From: Chloroflexota bacterium
Lineage (GTDB): Bacteria > Chloroflexota > Dehalococcoidia > Lucifugimonadales > JACQOS01
Assembly: GCA_016202425.1 (NCBI GenBank)
Contig: JACQOS010000101.1
Location: 1-33,635 of the forward strand
Reading direction: 5' to 3'
DNA: 33,635 nt
The notes under the pieces are model-generated. The model was given only the letters and a program-made list of their open reading frames with translations, did no database searches and had not been told where the DNA came from. The number at the start of each line of letters is the position of its first letter. The stretch's first letter is position 1. The translations under genes and the position numbers were made by a program. This document shows positions 1 through 8,885 of the stretch, piece by piece.

Positions 1-113
1 CCCTGGGGCGCCGCGGAGGCTCCATGGCGGAGCCGGTGGAGACGGCCCGCCAGACGGCAGGGTCTTTCAGTTATCCATAAGAGAAGTCCCTGGCTCCTGT
101 AACCCCATCCTAG

Positions 114-167
114 CCTTCCCCCGCGAGCGGGGGAAGGGATTTCTCTCCCCCGTTGCACGGGGGAGAG
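114..167. repeat. Two adjacent GC-rich stem-loops upstream of the phosphorylase gene
   Basis: 114-137 has a 9-bp stem CCTTCCCCC/GGGGGAAGG. 143-167 has a 10-bp stem CTCTCCCCCG/CGGGGGAGAG. Same hairpin style as at 2229-2257, 5425-5448, 24727-24772, 33485-33508 and 33612-33635. Confidence 0.6.
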
Positions 168-309
168 TCAGAGAGGGGGTGAAGCCGACAATTGAAAGGC
201 CCTGCGCCAGACGGAGGCCGCTGGCCTTGGGCGGGGACCATGGACTATGATGGAAAACTGGAACGGGGCTTGACTTGCCCCCTCGGTTCCGGTAGATACA
301 GTGGGTCGC

Positions 310-2040
310 ATGCCACGCAAAGCCCAAGGGACGCAAGCCTCCCCCGTCGCCTACTTCTCCATGGAAGTCGCCCTGGACTCCGCCATGCCCACCTATAGCG
401 GAGGCCTGGGCGTGCTGGCGGGCGACCTCCTCCGGGCGGCCGCCGATGCCGGCATGGCCATGGTCGGAGTCACCCTCCTGTACCGCAAGGGGTATTTCCG
501 CCAGCACCTGGATGCCCAGGGGAAGCAGTCGGAGAGTCCGGCGGCGTGGTCGCCAGAACCGCTGCTCCAACCCATGGCGCCCCGGGTCCAGGTCTCTCTT
601 GAAGGCCGACCGGTGACGATACGGGCATGGCGCTCGCTGATGCGGGGAGTCTCGGGAGGCACCGTGCCGGTCTATTTCCTGGACACTGCCCTGCCGGAAA
701 ACAGCCCCTGGGATCAGGCCATCACCGACCACCTGTACGGAGGGGACGACCGCTACCGCCTGTGCCAGGAGACGGTTCTCGGCATGGGAGGGGTGGCGAT
801 GCTGCGCGCCCTGGGGTACGAGAGGGTCCAGGCTTTCCACATGAACGAGGGGCACTCCGCCCTTCTGGGCCTGGCCCTGCTGGAGGAGCAGACCTGGGGC
901 CGGGGCCTTGCCTCCGCGACACCCGAGGACGTGGAAACGGTACGCCAGCGGTGTGTCTTCACGACCCACACGCCGGTCCGCGCCGCCCACGACCGGTTCC
1001 CGTTGAGTATCGCGACGCAGGTCCTTGGGAGAGAGCGGGTCAATGCCCTGCTGGCTGCCGGGTGCTGCGACAACAGCAGCCTGGACATGACCTACCTGGC
1101 CCTCTCCCTCTCCCGGTACATCAACGGCGTCGCCATGCTCCACCGGGCTACCTCCGCCGCCCTGTTCCCCGATTTTCCCATCAATGCCATCACCAACGGC
1201 GTCCACGCCGTGACCTGGACCTCGTACCCCTTCCGCCGCCTCTACGACCGTCACATCCCGGACTGGCGGCTAGACAACCGCTACCTGCGGCACGCCGTGG
1301 GAATTCCCGTCGAGCAGATCCAGGAAGCTCACGCCGCCGCCAAGGGCGAGCTTCTTACCGAGGTGTCGCGCCGGACAGGGACTCGCCTTGATCCTTCCGC
1401 TCTGACCCTGGGGTTCGCCCGGCGGGCCACCGCATACAAGAGGCATGACCTGCTCCTCAGCGACCCCGAGCGCCTCCGCCGCATCGCGCGACAGCAAGGG
1501 CCCCTTCAGGTGGTCTACGGGGGCAAGGCCCACCCCCGGGACGAGGAGGGCAAGGCCATGATCCAGCGGGTCTTCCAGGCCGCCGCCGCTCTTCGGGACG
1601 CGGTCCGCTTTGTTTACGTTGAGGATTACGACATGGCTATCGCCCAATACCTGTGCGCTGGGGTGGACCTCTGGCTCAACACCCCGCAAAAGTACCAGGA
1701 GGCCTCGGGCACCAGTGGCATGAAGGCCGCCCTGAACGGCGTCCCCAGCCTGAGCGTCCTGGATGGCTGGTGGGTGGAAGGGCGCGTGGAAGGCGTGACG
1801 GGGTGGGCCATTGGCGATGACCACCCCAGCGACACCCCGCCGGACCGAGAGACCGCTTCCCTCTACGACAAGCTGGAGTACGTCATTCTTCCCATGTTCA
1901 CCTCCAGGCCCCTGGCCTTCGCCCAGGTCATGCGCTCGGCCATTGCCCTGAACGGCTCGTTCTTCAACGCCCAGCGCATGGTCCACCAGTACGCGGAGCG
2001 CGCCTACGCCCCGAATACCAAGCTAGCCCGTCCCCAATGA
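310..2040 (+). CDS. glgP: Alpha-glucan (glycogen/maltodextrin) phosphorylase, short GT35 type
   Basis: Frame of ORF 301..2040. N-terminus [28 protein letters not shown] is typical of the alpha-glucan phosphorylase family. The PLP-lysine motif [14 protein letters not shown] is present. ATG at 310 is preferred over GTG at 301, but the start is uncertain. Confidence 0.9.
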   Translation: MPRKAQGTQASPVAYFSMEVALDSAMPTYSGGLGVLAGDLLRAAADAGMAMVGVTLLYRKGYFRQHLDAQGKQSESPAAWSPEPLLQPMAPRVQVSLEGRPVTIRAWRSLMRGVSGGTVPVYFLDTALPENSPWDQAITDHLYGGDDRYRLCQETVLGMGGVAMLRALGYERVQAFHMNEGHSALLGLALLEEQTWGRGLASATPEDVETVRQRCVFTTHTPVRAAHDRFPLSIATQVLGRERVNALLAAGCCDNSSLDMTYLALSLSRYINGVAMLHRATSAALFPDFPINAITNGVHAVTWTSYPFRRLYDRHIPDWRLDNRYLRHAVGIPVEQIQEAHAAAKGELLTEVSRRTGTRLDPSALTLGFARRATAYKRHDLLLSDPERLRRIARQQGPLQVVYGGKAHPRDEEGKAMIQRVFQAAAALRDAVRFVYVEDYDMAIAQYLCAGVDLWLNTPQKYQEASGTSGMKAALNGVPSLSVLDGWWVEGRVEGVTGWAIGDDHPSDTPPDRETASLYDKLEYVILPMFTSRPLAFAQVMRSAIALNGSFFNAQRMVHQYAERAYAPNTKLARPQ

Positions 2041-2061
2041 GCGGCTGCCACCCCTCCTCCA

Positions 2062-2105
2062 GATTGCTTCGTCGTCCCGATTCCATCGGGACTCCTCGCA
2101 ATGAC
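2062..2105. repeat. Short intergenic hairpin repeat unit (gattgcttcgtc-GTCCCGAT-tcc-ATCGGGAC-tcctcgcaatgac)
   Basis: 8-bp inner stem at 2074-2092, flanked by ATTGC/GCAAT. It resembles the GATTGCTTCGC...CTCGCAATGAC small repeats I recall as common in some bacterial phyla. Only one copy is in this window. Confidence 0.5.
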
Positions 2106-2163
2106 AATTTGGGGCCTTTTTTTCGGGGACGGGTCACTAGAAGTGGTTCGGAAATACGCCTCG

Positions 2164-2257
2164 GGGGAGTCCATCCCGACGGGTCGGGATGGCGGGGGTC
2201 TGGGGGTGTCCCCCAGCTATCTTTTCTTCCCCCTCTCCCTTGCCAAGGGAGAGGGGG
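2164..2257 (+). repeat. Modular intergenic repeat, copy 1 (GGGGAGTCC + variable hairpin + GGGGGTCTGGGGGTGTCCCCCAG + CTTTTCTTCCCCC + variable hairpin)
   Basis: The core GGGGGTCTGGGGGTGTCCCCCAG at 2194-2216 recurs at 5390-5412, at 24612-24633, and inverted at 33521-33543. A 13-bp-stem hairpin lies at 2229-2257. Confidence 0.8.
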
Positions 2258-2408
2258 TACAGGGAGTGAGGGTTTCCCGAATAGCCTCTAGTGACGGGGC
2301 GTTCAAAGTTTTTTCAGGGCCACCCGCCACCTGTTCAGGCGCCGTTCAGGCGATGCCAACACAATGGCCGCATCCCCAACCCATGGTCGGAGGGAGGAGG
2401 CAACCAGC

Positions 2409-3893
2409 GTGAGCAAGGACCTCAGATCGTTCCTCGCCCAAGTCAAGGAAGCCGATGCCAAAGGGCTTCTCCAGGAGACCGGCTACGTCGAGGTCGGCCG
2501 GCGCATCAACCCCCACCTGGAGATAGCCCTCCTTCGGGAGAAACTGGCCCACGAGGGCCGCTTCCCCGTCATTTTCTGTCCGGAGGTCGAGGGCAGCACC
2601 ATGCCCATCGTCCTGAACCTGGATGTCTCCCGGGAGCTGCATGGCCTCTCGCTGGGCCTTGACCCTTCCCGGTGGACAGACCGGGACCTGCAGCGGGAGT
2701 ACAAGAAGCGACTGGATGAGCGCAAGCCCACCAAACGAGTCCCTGCCTCCCGGGCCCCGGTCAAGGAGGTCATCATCAAGGGCGCAGACGTTGACCTCGC
2801 CCGCCTCCCCATCCCCCAGAGCGCCGTCCCTCAGGCGGGGAAGTACATCACCCCAGGATGCATGATCTGCCGGGACCCTGAGACAGGGACCCTCAACGTG
2901 GGCGTCTACCGCCACCAAGTGAAGGGGAAGAACCTCCTGGGCGCCATGATCAACCCCCTCCACGACGCTGCCCCCATCGCCTGGCGCTATGCCCAGATGG
3001 GCAAGCCCATGGAGGTGGCCATCGTGCTGGGGCACCACCCCGCCGTGGGCACCGCCGCCCTCGCCCGGGGCAGCCTGGGCGACTTCAGCGAGCTGGACGT
3101 GGCGGGAGGCATCCTGGGAGAGCCCCTGGAGGTCGTCCAGGGGGAGACCGTGGAGCTGGATGTGCCGGCAGCCGCGGAGATCATCATCGAGGGGGTCATA
3201 GACGACCCCCGTCCTTCCAGCACCGACGGGCCGTTCCCCGAGTGGACCCACTACGGTAGGGGCAACAAGCCCGCCTACCTCATCCGCGTCACCGCCATCA
3301 CCATGCGCCACGACGCCATCTACCATGACCTGGTCACCACCGACCGGGGCCGCGGCGGCTGGGGCGGCTACAACACCATCCGAACCTTCAATGCCGTCAA
3401 GCTGGCCGTGCCCACCGTCCGCCAGATCAGGCTCTGGCTCGGCATCACGTGGGTCCAGATCACCAAGCGCGTCGAAGGCGAGGGGAAGCTGGCGGCGTTT
3501 GCCGCCATGACGGCCGAGGAGCACAACCAGATCATCGTGGTCGTGGACGACGATATCGACCTCTGGAGCGAGCGGGACCTGGGGCTGGCCCTCAGCCGAA
3601 GGCTGGTGGGCGACCGGGGCATTGACATCATCTCCCGCATCACCAGCGACCACCTGAACCCCACCTCCTACAACGAGAACCGGGACCCGGGCATCGAGCT
3701 GGGACCCATGGGCAGCAGGGTCCTCATAGACGCCACCCGGCCTCTGAACCTGCAGTGGCACACCCGGATCACCCCTGAGAACCGGTTCGAGTCCCTGTGG
3801 GACACCATGACCCTCGACGACTTCAAGCTGAGCCGGCCCGCTCGGCAGGCCCGGGAGGCCGTGGCGGCAGGGAATAGAGGAGGCCGCCGGTGA
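2409..3893 (+). CDS. ubiD: UbiD-family (prFMN-dependent) decarboxylase
   Basis: Frame of ORF 2364..3893. UbiD-like N-terminus (DLRSFLAQV...) and UbiD-like length. GTG at 2409 is preceded by GGGAGGAGG about 9 nt upstream, so it is preferred over ATG at 2364. The stop overlaps the ubiX start (GGTGA). Confidence 0.85.
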   Translation: MSKDLRSFLAQVKEADAKGLLQETGYVEVGRRINPHLEIALLREKLAHEGRFPVIFCPEVEGSTMPIVLNLDVSRELHGLSLGLDPSRWTDRDLQREYKKRLDERKPTKRVPASRAPVKEVIIKGADVDLARLPIPQSAVPQAGKYITPGCMICRDPETGTLNVGVYRHQVKGKNLLGAMINPLHDAAPIAWRYAQMGKPMEVAIVLGHHPAVGTAALARGSLGDFSELDVAGGILGEPLEVVQGETVELDVPAAAEIIIEGVIDDPRPSSTDGPFPEWTHYGRGNKPAYLIRVTAITMRHDAIYHDLVTTDRGRGGWGGYNTIRTFNAVKLAVPTVRQIRLWLGITWVQITKRVEGEGKLAAFAAMTAEEHNQIIVVVDDDIDLWSERDLGLALSRRLVGDRGIDIISRITSDHLNPTSYNENRDPGIELGPMGSRVLIDATRPLNLQWHTRITPENRFESLWDTMTLDDFKLSRPARQAREAVAAGNRGGRR

Positions 3894-4489
3894 GGGTCAT
3901 CGTCGGCATCACCGGCGCCAGCGGGTCCATCTACGGCCTGCGGCTGCTGGAGACCCTGGCCCAGGGCGGCGGCGTGGAGCTCCACCTGGTGGTGACCCAC
4001 AGCGGCAAGCGGGTCATCAAGCAGGAGACGGGCCGTAGCGTCGAGGAGGTCAGGAAGCTGGCCCACTTCTGGCACGACATCAACGACGTGGGGGCCTGCA
4101 TCGCCAGCGGCTCCTTCAAGCGGGACGGCATGGTGGTGGCCCCTTGCAGCATGAAGACCCTGGCCGCCATCGCCTGCTCGTACTCCGACAACCTCCTCTC
4201 CCGCGCCGCCGACGTTACCCTGAAGGAACGCAGGCCCCTCATCCTCATGGCAAGGGAGACGCCCCTCCACCTGGGCCACGTCCGAAACATGCTCCAGGCC
4301 ACCGAGATGGGTGCCATCCTCTTGCCCCCCATGCCCAGCTTCTATCACCATCCCAGGACCATCGATGACATCGTGAACCACACCGTGGGCAGGGTGCTGG
4401 ACCTCCTGGGGGTCCAGCACCAACTGTCCACCCCATGGTCTGGACTCGATGAGCTCTCCGTTGTGGACATCCCCCCTGGCGAGAGGTGA
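3890..4489 (+). CDS. ubiX: Flavin prenyltransferase UbiX (prFMN synthase)
   Basis: MRVIVGITGASGSIYGLRLLETL ... VAPCSMKTLAAIA motifs are typical of UbiX/Pad1. GTG start with an AGAGGAGG Shine-Dalgarno sequence. Translationally coupled to ubiD. Confidence 0.92.
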   Translation: MRVIVGITGASGSIYGLRLLETLAQGGGVELHLVVTHSGKRVIKQETGRSVEEVRKLAHFWHDINDVGACIASGSFKRDGMVVAPCSMKTLAAIACSYSDNLLSRAADVTLKERRPLILMARETPLHLGHVRNMLQATEMGAILLPPMPSFYHHPRTIDDIVNHTVGRVLDLLGVQHQLSTPWSGLDELSVVDIPPGER

Positions 4490-4591
4490 CTGACAGCCCA
4501 CCTCCTGGCTGAGCAGACCAGGAGCTGGCCCGCTGCGGAGAAGGCAGGAACCACCCAAGGGGCGGAACCCCCTGGGGAGAGGAGGAGTCCC

Positions 4592-5317
4592 GTGGCAGAG
4601 AGCGTGGTTTCCCTTCATGCCCGGTACCTTTGCGAGGGCAAGCCGGTGGACGGCTACCTGAGCCATCCCGTCGCCCGGGGCCCCTGGCCCGCCGTGGTCA
4701 TCCTCCACGAGTGGTGGGGCCTGGACGAGCATTTCCGGCAACTCAGTCAGCGCCTCGCCCGGGAAGGCTTCGTGGCCCTTGTCCCCGCCCTGTACGGCAA
4801 CAAGCTCACCTCCGACTGGAACGAGGCGGCCCTCCTGAAGACATCCCTGGACGTGGGCCGAGCCGTCCGGGAGACCATAGATGCCGTTCCCTATCTCCGT
4901 AGCTTGCCCTTCTGCTCCGGAGAGATGGGCGTCACCGGGTTCTGCATGGGCGGCGGCCTCGCCCTCTTCGCCGCCTGCCAGAGCCCAGAGTTCAAGGCGG
5001 GGGTCATCTACTACCCCAGCATGTTCCCCGAGCCCCAGGAGATGGCCAACGTGGCCGGGCCCCTCCAGTTCCACATCGGCACGGAGGACTTCTGGACATC
5101 CCGGGGAGAGATCGAGCGGATGACCCGGGTCCTGGAAGAGCACCACAAGCCCCACGAGGTGTACTGGTACGAGGGCGCCACCCACGCCTTCATGAACGAC
5201 GTCATGCGGCCCGACGTCTACCACCGGGAGGCCGCCGAGACCTCCTTTGCCCGCACCGTGGAGTTCTTCCACGCCCACCTGACCAAGCAGCCTTCGGGCA
5301 AGAGGGGCAGCCGGTAG
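4592..5317 (+). CDS. Dienelactone hydrolase family protein
   Basis: WPAVVILHEWWGL, the nucleophile motif GFCMGG, and the C-terminal YEGATHAFMND are characteristic of the DLH family. GTG start with a GAGGAGGAG SD. Confidence 0.85.
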   Translation: MAESVVSLHARYLCEGKPVDGYLSHPVARGPWPAVVILHEWWGLDEHFRQLSQRLAREGFVALVPALYGNKLTSDWNEAALLKTSLDVGRAVRETIDAVPYLRSLPFCSGEMGVTGFCMGGGLALFAACQSPEFKAGVIYYPSMFPEPQEMANVAGPLQFHIGTEDFWTSRGEIERMTRVLEEHHKPHEVYWYEGATHAFMNDVMRPDVYHREAAETSFARTVEFFHAHLTKQPSGKRGSR

Positions 5318-5344
5318 CCACCTTCCGCGTTCCTCCAGCACGCT

Positions 5345-5448
5345 GCTGAAAAAGGGGAGTCCAGAGGGCCGACTTATCGGCCCTTTGACGGGGGTCTGGG
5401 GGTGTCCCCCAGATACAATTTCTTCCCCCTTCCTGGCCCGGAAGGGGG
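5345..5448 (+). repeat. Modular intergenic repeat, copy 2 (long form)
   Basis: About 100 bp, near-identical to the reverse complement of 33485-33584. Contains hairpins GGGCCGA..TCGGCCC, CTGGGGG-tgt-CCCCCAG and CCCCCTTCC..GGAAGGGGG. Confidence 0.85.
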
Positions 5449-5634
5449 CGAGGGGGATGGTCGTCCCGACCAGTCGGGATTCAGAACCCTCCAGGACCCG
5501 GCGTGCCTTGGGCGAGAGGTGCCCCCTCCGCCAAGACCTGCTACACTCCTCTGGCGGCGAAGGACGGGGGCCTCCCGTAGCCCGGGGCGGCCGCCCGGCC
5601 CGCCGCTCTCCCCAGGTACCCAGGAGGAGGTGTC

Positions 5635-7899
5635 ATGGTCACCGCCAAGAGTGTCGCTCTGCCCCGTGTGGATGCCCGAGAGAAGGTTACCGGTAGGGCT
5701 CTCTACACCGAGGACCTCCCCTCTCCCTACGGCGTGGCCTACTGCGCCATCCTTCACAGCCCCTACTCCCACGCTCGCATCCGCTCCATTCACGCCGAAA
5801 AAGCGGAGCGCCTACCGGGAGTCCTGGCCGTCCTGACCCGGGAGCATCTGGGGGCCACGAACCCCTACATCCCCTCGGGCGATCTTCCCCTCAACCAGCC
5901 CTTCATCGCCATGGACAAGGTCCGGCACGACGGCGAACCCGTCGCAGCGGTGGCCGCCGAGAGCCTGGCGGTGGCGCAGCACGCCCTGAGCCTCATCGAA
6001 GTGGACTACGAGGAGCTCCCGGCGGTGTTCGACGTCCGGGATGCCGTGGCCCCGAACTCGCCCCGTTTGCACGACGCCTTCACCTCCAACGTCTTCTGGG
6101 AGTACCGGTGGAACTGGGGCGACGCGGAGAAAGGCTTCCGTGAGGCGGACCGCGTCTTCGAGGACACCTACTACTTCCCCAGCGTCTTCCAGTACCCCAT
6201 GGAAAACGTTGGCGCGTGCTTCGCCGAGTTCCGGGGCGACGGCGTGGAGCTGGTGGCACCCATCCAGCATCCCTTCCCCCACCAGGATGAGATCGGCGAG
6301 ATGTTCGGCCTCCCCCCTGAGCGGGTGCGCATACGCATGCCCTACGTGGGTGGAGGCTTCGGAGCCAAGGAGCTCAAGACCAACCACCTCATCGCCCTCT
6401 GGCTCGCCCACAAGACCGGCCGCCCCATCATGACCGTCCCCTCCGCCTGGGAGAGCATCCGCACCGACGGTCGCCACCCGATGGTGTACAAGGTGAAAAC
6501 GGGGGTGAAGGCCGACGGGACCCTTTGGGCCCAGGACATCGAGCTCCTGGTGGACTCGGGCTCTTACGCCCGCGCCCTCAGCCAGATCGTAGCGCGTCTG
6601 GCTGTGGCCGGGGCGTGGGGCCCGTACCGCGTCCCCCACATGCGCATGGTGGGCTACGCCGTCCTCACCAACCGCGTCCCTCCTGGCGCTTTCCGCGCCC
6701 TTGCCAAGGCCCAGGTGACCTGGGGCTACGAGTGCAACCTGGACTCCATTGCCCGGGCCATGGGCGTGGACCCCATGGAGTTCCGTATCAAGAACTTCAT
6801 GCGCCGGGGCGACCCCATCGCGGAAGGGGCATCCCCCCTGGACACCGACTACGATGTCCTGCTGCGCAAGGCAGCCCAGGCCATCGGCTGGGATGGGCGC
6901 TCCAACCGCGTCGGCCCGGAGGCTGCAAAGCGCCCAACGGGCAAGGGACCCTTCCGCGGCCGTGGCCTCAGCACCACGTTCCGCCACGGCTTCTCCGAAG
7001 GCTCCAACAACTTCGTGACCGCCATCCTGGACAGGCACGGCAAAGTGAGGCTTCTTCACTCGGCCGCAGAGATCGGCATGGGGGTCTACGCTGTCATGAC
7101 GCGACTGGCGGCCCAGGCCATGGGCATCCCGGAGAACGACATCGAAGTGGGCCATGCGGATACCGAGCACCCCCACTCGGACGGCATTGGGAGCTCCCGG
7201 GACACCGTGTGCATGGGGAATGCCGTGCAGGATGCCTGCGAGGACCTGAAACGGGAGCTTCTGAGCGCCGCCGCCATGTGCAAGGGCGGGAGGCCCGAGG
7301 AGTGGCGGCTGGCCCAGGGCCGGCTGTGGCACGGCGAGCACGACTTCTCCCCGAGCGAGATCGTGTTGGGCACCCACCCCCGCTCAGGAGTGATCATGGG
7401 GAAAGGCTCCTATATCACGCCTCGCCGCAACAACCCTTTCCTGGGCATCGTCCCCCACTGGGAGGCGAGCGCGGGAGCGGCAGAGGTGGAGGTGGACCCC
7501 GAGACCGGGGAGGTGCGCCTCCTCAAGTTATCCACCGTGGCCGACGTGGGCAAAGCCATTCTGCCCGGCCCTTGCAAGGGGCAACTGGACGGTGGTGCCG
7601 TCATGGGCTTGGGGGATACCCTCTACGAAGAGGTGGTGTACCAGGAGGGTAGGCTCATCAACGGAGACCCCTTCCAGTACCGGCTGCCGGTGATGGCCGA
7701 TGTGCCGGAGGAGTTCCACTCCGTGATGGTGGAGAATGGGGACGGCCCGGGCCCTCTGGGGTCCAAGGGCATGGGCCAGAGCGGCGTGAGCACCGTGGCG
7801 CCCGCCATCGGCAACGCCGTCTACGACGCCATCGGCGTGCGCATCAAGGACCTCCCCATCACGCCGGAGAAGGTCCTGCGGGCCCTGGGCAAGCTCTGA
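5635..7899 (+). CDS. Xanthine dehydrogenase / aldehyde oxidase / CoxL-family molybdopterin-binding large subunit
   Basis: 754 aa. N-terminal PRVDAREKVTGRALYTEDL is the hallmark start of this family. GGGFG-type motif (VGGGFGAKE). ATG start with a GGAGGAGG SD. No adjacent [2Fe-2S] or FAD subunit genes are visible. Confidence 0.9.
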   Translation: MVTAKSVALPRVDAREKVTGRALYTEDLPSPYGVAYCAILHSPYSHARIRSIHAEKAERLPGVLAVLTREHLGATNPYIPSGDLPLNQPFIAMDKVRHDGEPVAAVAAESLAVAQHALSLIEVDYEELPAVFDVRDAVAPNSPRLHDAFTSNVFWEYRWNWGDAEKGFREADRVFEDTYYFPSVFQYPMENVGACFAEFRGDGVELVAPIQHPFPHQDEIGEMFGLPPERVRIRMPYVGGGFGAKELKTNHLIALWLAHKTGRPIMTVPSAWESIRTDGRHPMVYKVKTGVKADGTLWAQDIELLVDSGSYARALSQIVARLAVAGAWGPYRVPHMRMVGYAVLTNRVPPGAFRALAKAQVTWGYECNLDSIARAMGVDPMEFRIKNFMRRGDPIAEGASPLDTDYDVLLRKAAQAIGWDGRSNRVGPEAAKRPTGKGPFRGRGLSTTFRHGFSEGSNNFVTAILDRHGKVRLLHSAAEIGMGVYAVMTRLAAQAMGIPENDIEVGHADTEHPHSDGIGSSRDTVCMGNAVQDACEDLKRELLSAAAMCKGGRPEEWRLAQGRLWHGEHDFSPSEIVLGTHPRSGVIMGKGSYITPRRNNPFLGIVPHWEASAGAAEVEVDPETGEVRLLKLSTVADVGKAILPGPCKGQLDGGAVMGLGDTLYEEVVYQEGRLINGDPFQYRLPVMADVPEEFHSVMVENGDGPGPLGSKGMGQSGVSTVAPAIGNAVYDAIGVRIKDLPITPEKVLRALGKL

Positions 7900-7960
7900 A
7901 CCATCCCTCGTGCCTCCCCTGGCTACGTCCGCCAGGGCGCAGTGCCGAAGAACGGGGCGC

Positions 7961-8458
7961 CTACGCCCCCGTGCCCAGGCTGGCCGCACTCACAAACCTC
8001 CCCAGATTGGCATCATAGTACCGAGCGTTATAGAAGTACAGTCCCGTCCCGTCCAGCCTTTGCCCCGTGAACTTCCGGTCCGTCCCCAGCGTACCGTTGC
8101 TGGTCCTGGCCTCCCCGAAGGGCTTGTACCGCAGGCTGCTCACCTGTGCCCCGGTGCCGTCCGTGCTCACCAGGGAGCCGCCCAGGTGGTCCTGGTGCAC
8201 GTACTCCAGGGCCGTGCCCTTGCGCAAGGCCACCAGGCGCTCTCCCAGGTAGTAATACGTGGTGACCACTCCGGTGGTCACGTTCTTCTCGTAGTAGCGG
8301 TTGGCGTAGTGGACCGTCTGGCCACCCTCCAGCTTCTTTACTCGGTTCCCGTCGCCATCATACACGAACCTGGCACCGCCGCTCACCGCCGTCACGCGGT
8401 TGGGCACGTCCCAGGCGATGGCCTGGGAGCCCCGGGTGGTCATGTTGCCGTTGGCGTC
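7961..8458 (-). pseudogene. Orphan Rhs core fragment (YD repeats to ...NARYYDANLGRFVS), lacking the DPxGL motif and any toxin domain
   Basis: DANGN.., YDGDGNRVKK and YFYNARYYD..GRFVS are Rhs/YD core signatures. The reading frame opens right after a stop at 8474-8476. Homology to the 9475-9845 copy ends exactly after RFVS, and 8 unrelated codons and a stop follow. Confidence 0.85.
7989..8356 (-). repeat. Direct repeat A (Rhs core segment), paired with 9475-9845
   Basis: By-eye alignment at an offset of about 1486 bp. It includes a long perfect run starting CCCCGTGAACTTCCGGTCCGTCCCCAGCGTACCG (8063 / 9549). Confidence 0.85.
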
Positions 8459-8516
8459 GCAAATTTTCAGTAGTTAGCATCCTTCAAAGGCCAGCATTGA
8501 CTCTTAACAGGCGCTT

Positions 8517-8837
8517 CTAGAGTTTAAGAAAACGCTTGAGAAGCCGATATGCCCGGTAGGCGAGCGCACCGCCAACCAAACTAACAACTGCGGCAACCCC
8601 ACCGAGCACAATTTTCCCCATGACCGTAGCTGACGAAGCGGCGATCCCAGTCAAGGCTGAGACAAATGCAGCAAAAGGGTAATATGCTCGCACAAACTTC
8701 TCCATCGGCCGCCTCTTCGCAGCTAGCCAAACAGTTGGCATCACAACTGTCAGTACAAAGGTCAGTCCGATAGCAAGAGCTACGCGAATGTCTTCTCTGG
8801 AGATCCCGGTTGCCATAATGCCTATGAGTAGGTCCAC
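8517..8837 (-). CDS. Small polytopic membrane protein, putative cognate immunity protein 1
   Basis: 106 aa with about 3 hydrophobic helices and a basic C-terminus (AYRAYRLLKRFLKL). It lies 48 nt downstream of the Rhs-CT stop. It is a homolog of ORF 9891..10223, sharing PT(V/I), KFVR.Y.P and Y.L(L/V)KR(F/L)LK. Lower G+C than the flanks. Confidence 0.7.
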   Translation of the reverse strand: MDLLIGIMATGISREDIRVALAIGLTFVLTVVMPTVWLAAKRRPMEKFVRAYYPFAAFVSALTGIAASSATVMGKIVLGGVAAVVSLVGGALAYRAYRLLKRFLKL

Positions 8838-8885
8838 TATGCTCTTCTCTGTAGAGAGATGTCGCCAGACGTTTTCAAAATCGGG

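Noticed and set aside
67-1254. 395-aa ORF antisense to the phosphorylase gene. Similar long antisense ORFs occur at 2346-3761, 3668-5341, 5812-7377, 10610-12550, 18274-20085, 20767-21648, 22281-23363 and 24889-26208.
   Set aside because: They are Gly/Arg/Pro/Ala-rich low-complexity translations opposite genes with clear family signatures. This is the expected stop-codon-poor artefact of high-G+C DNA.
2041-2363. CRISPR-like array suggested by the recurring GC-rich palindromic units here and at 5340-5630, 24410-24800 and 33470-33635.
   Set aside because: The units are heterogeneous and not regularly spaced. There are no repeat-spacer periodicity and no cas genes. They fit a dispersed REP/MITE-like repeat family better.
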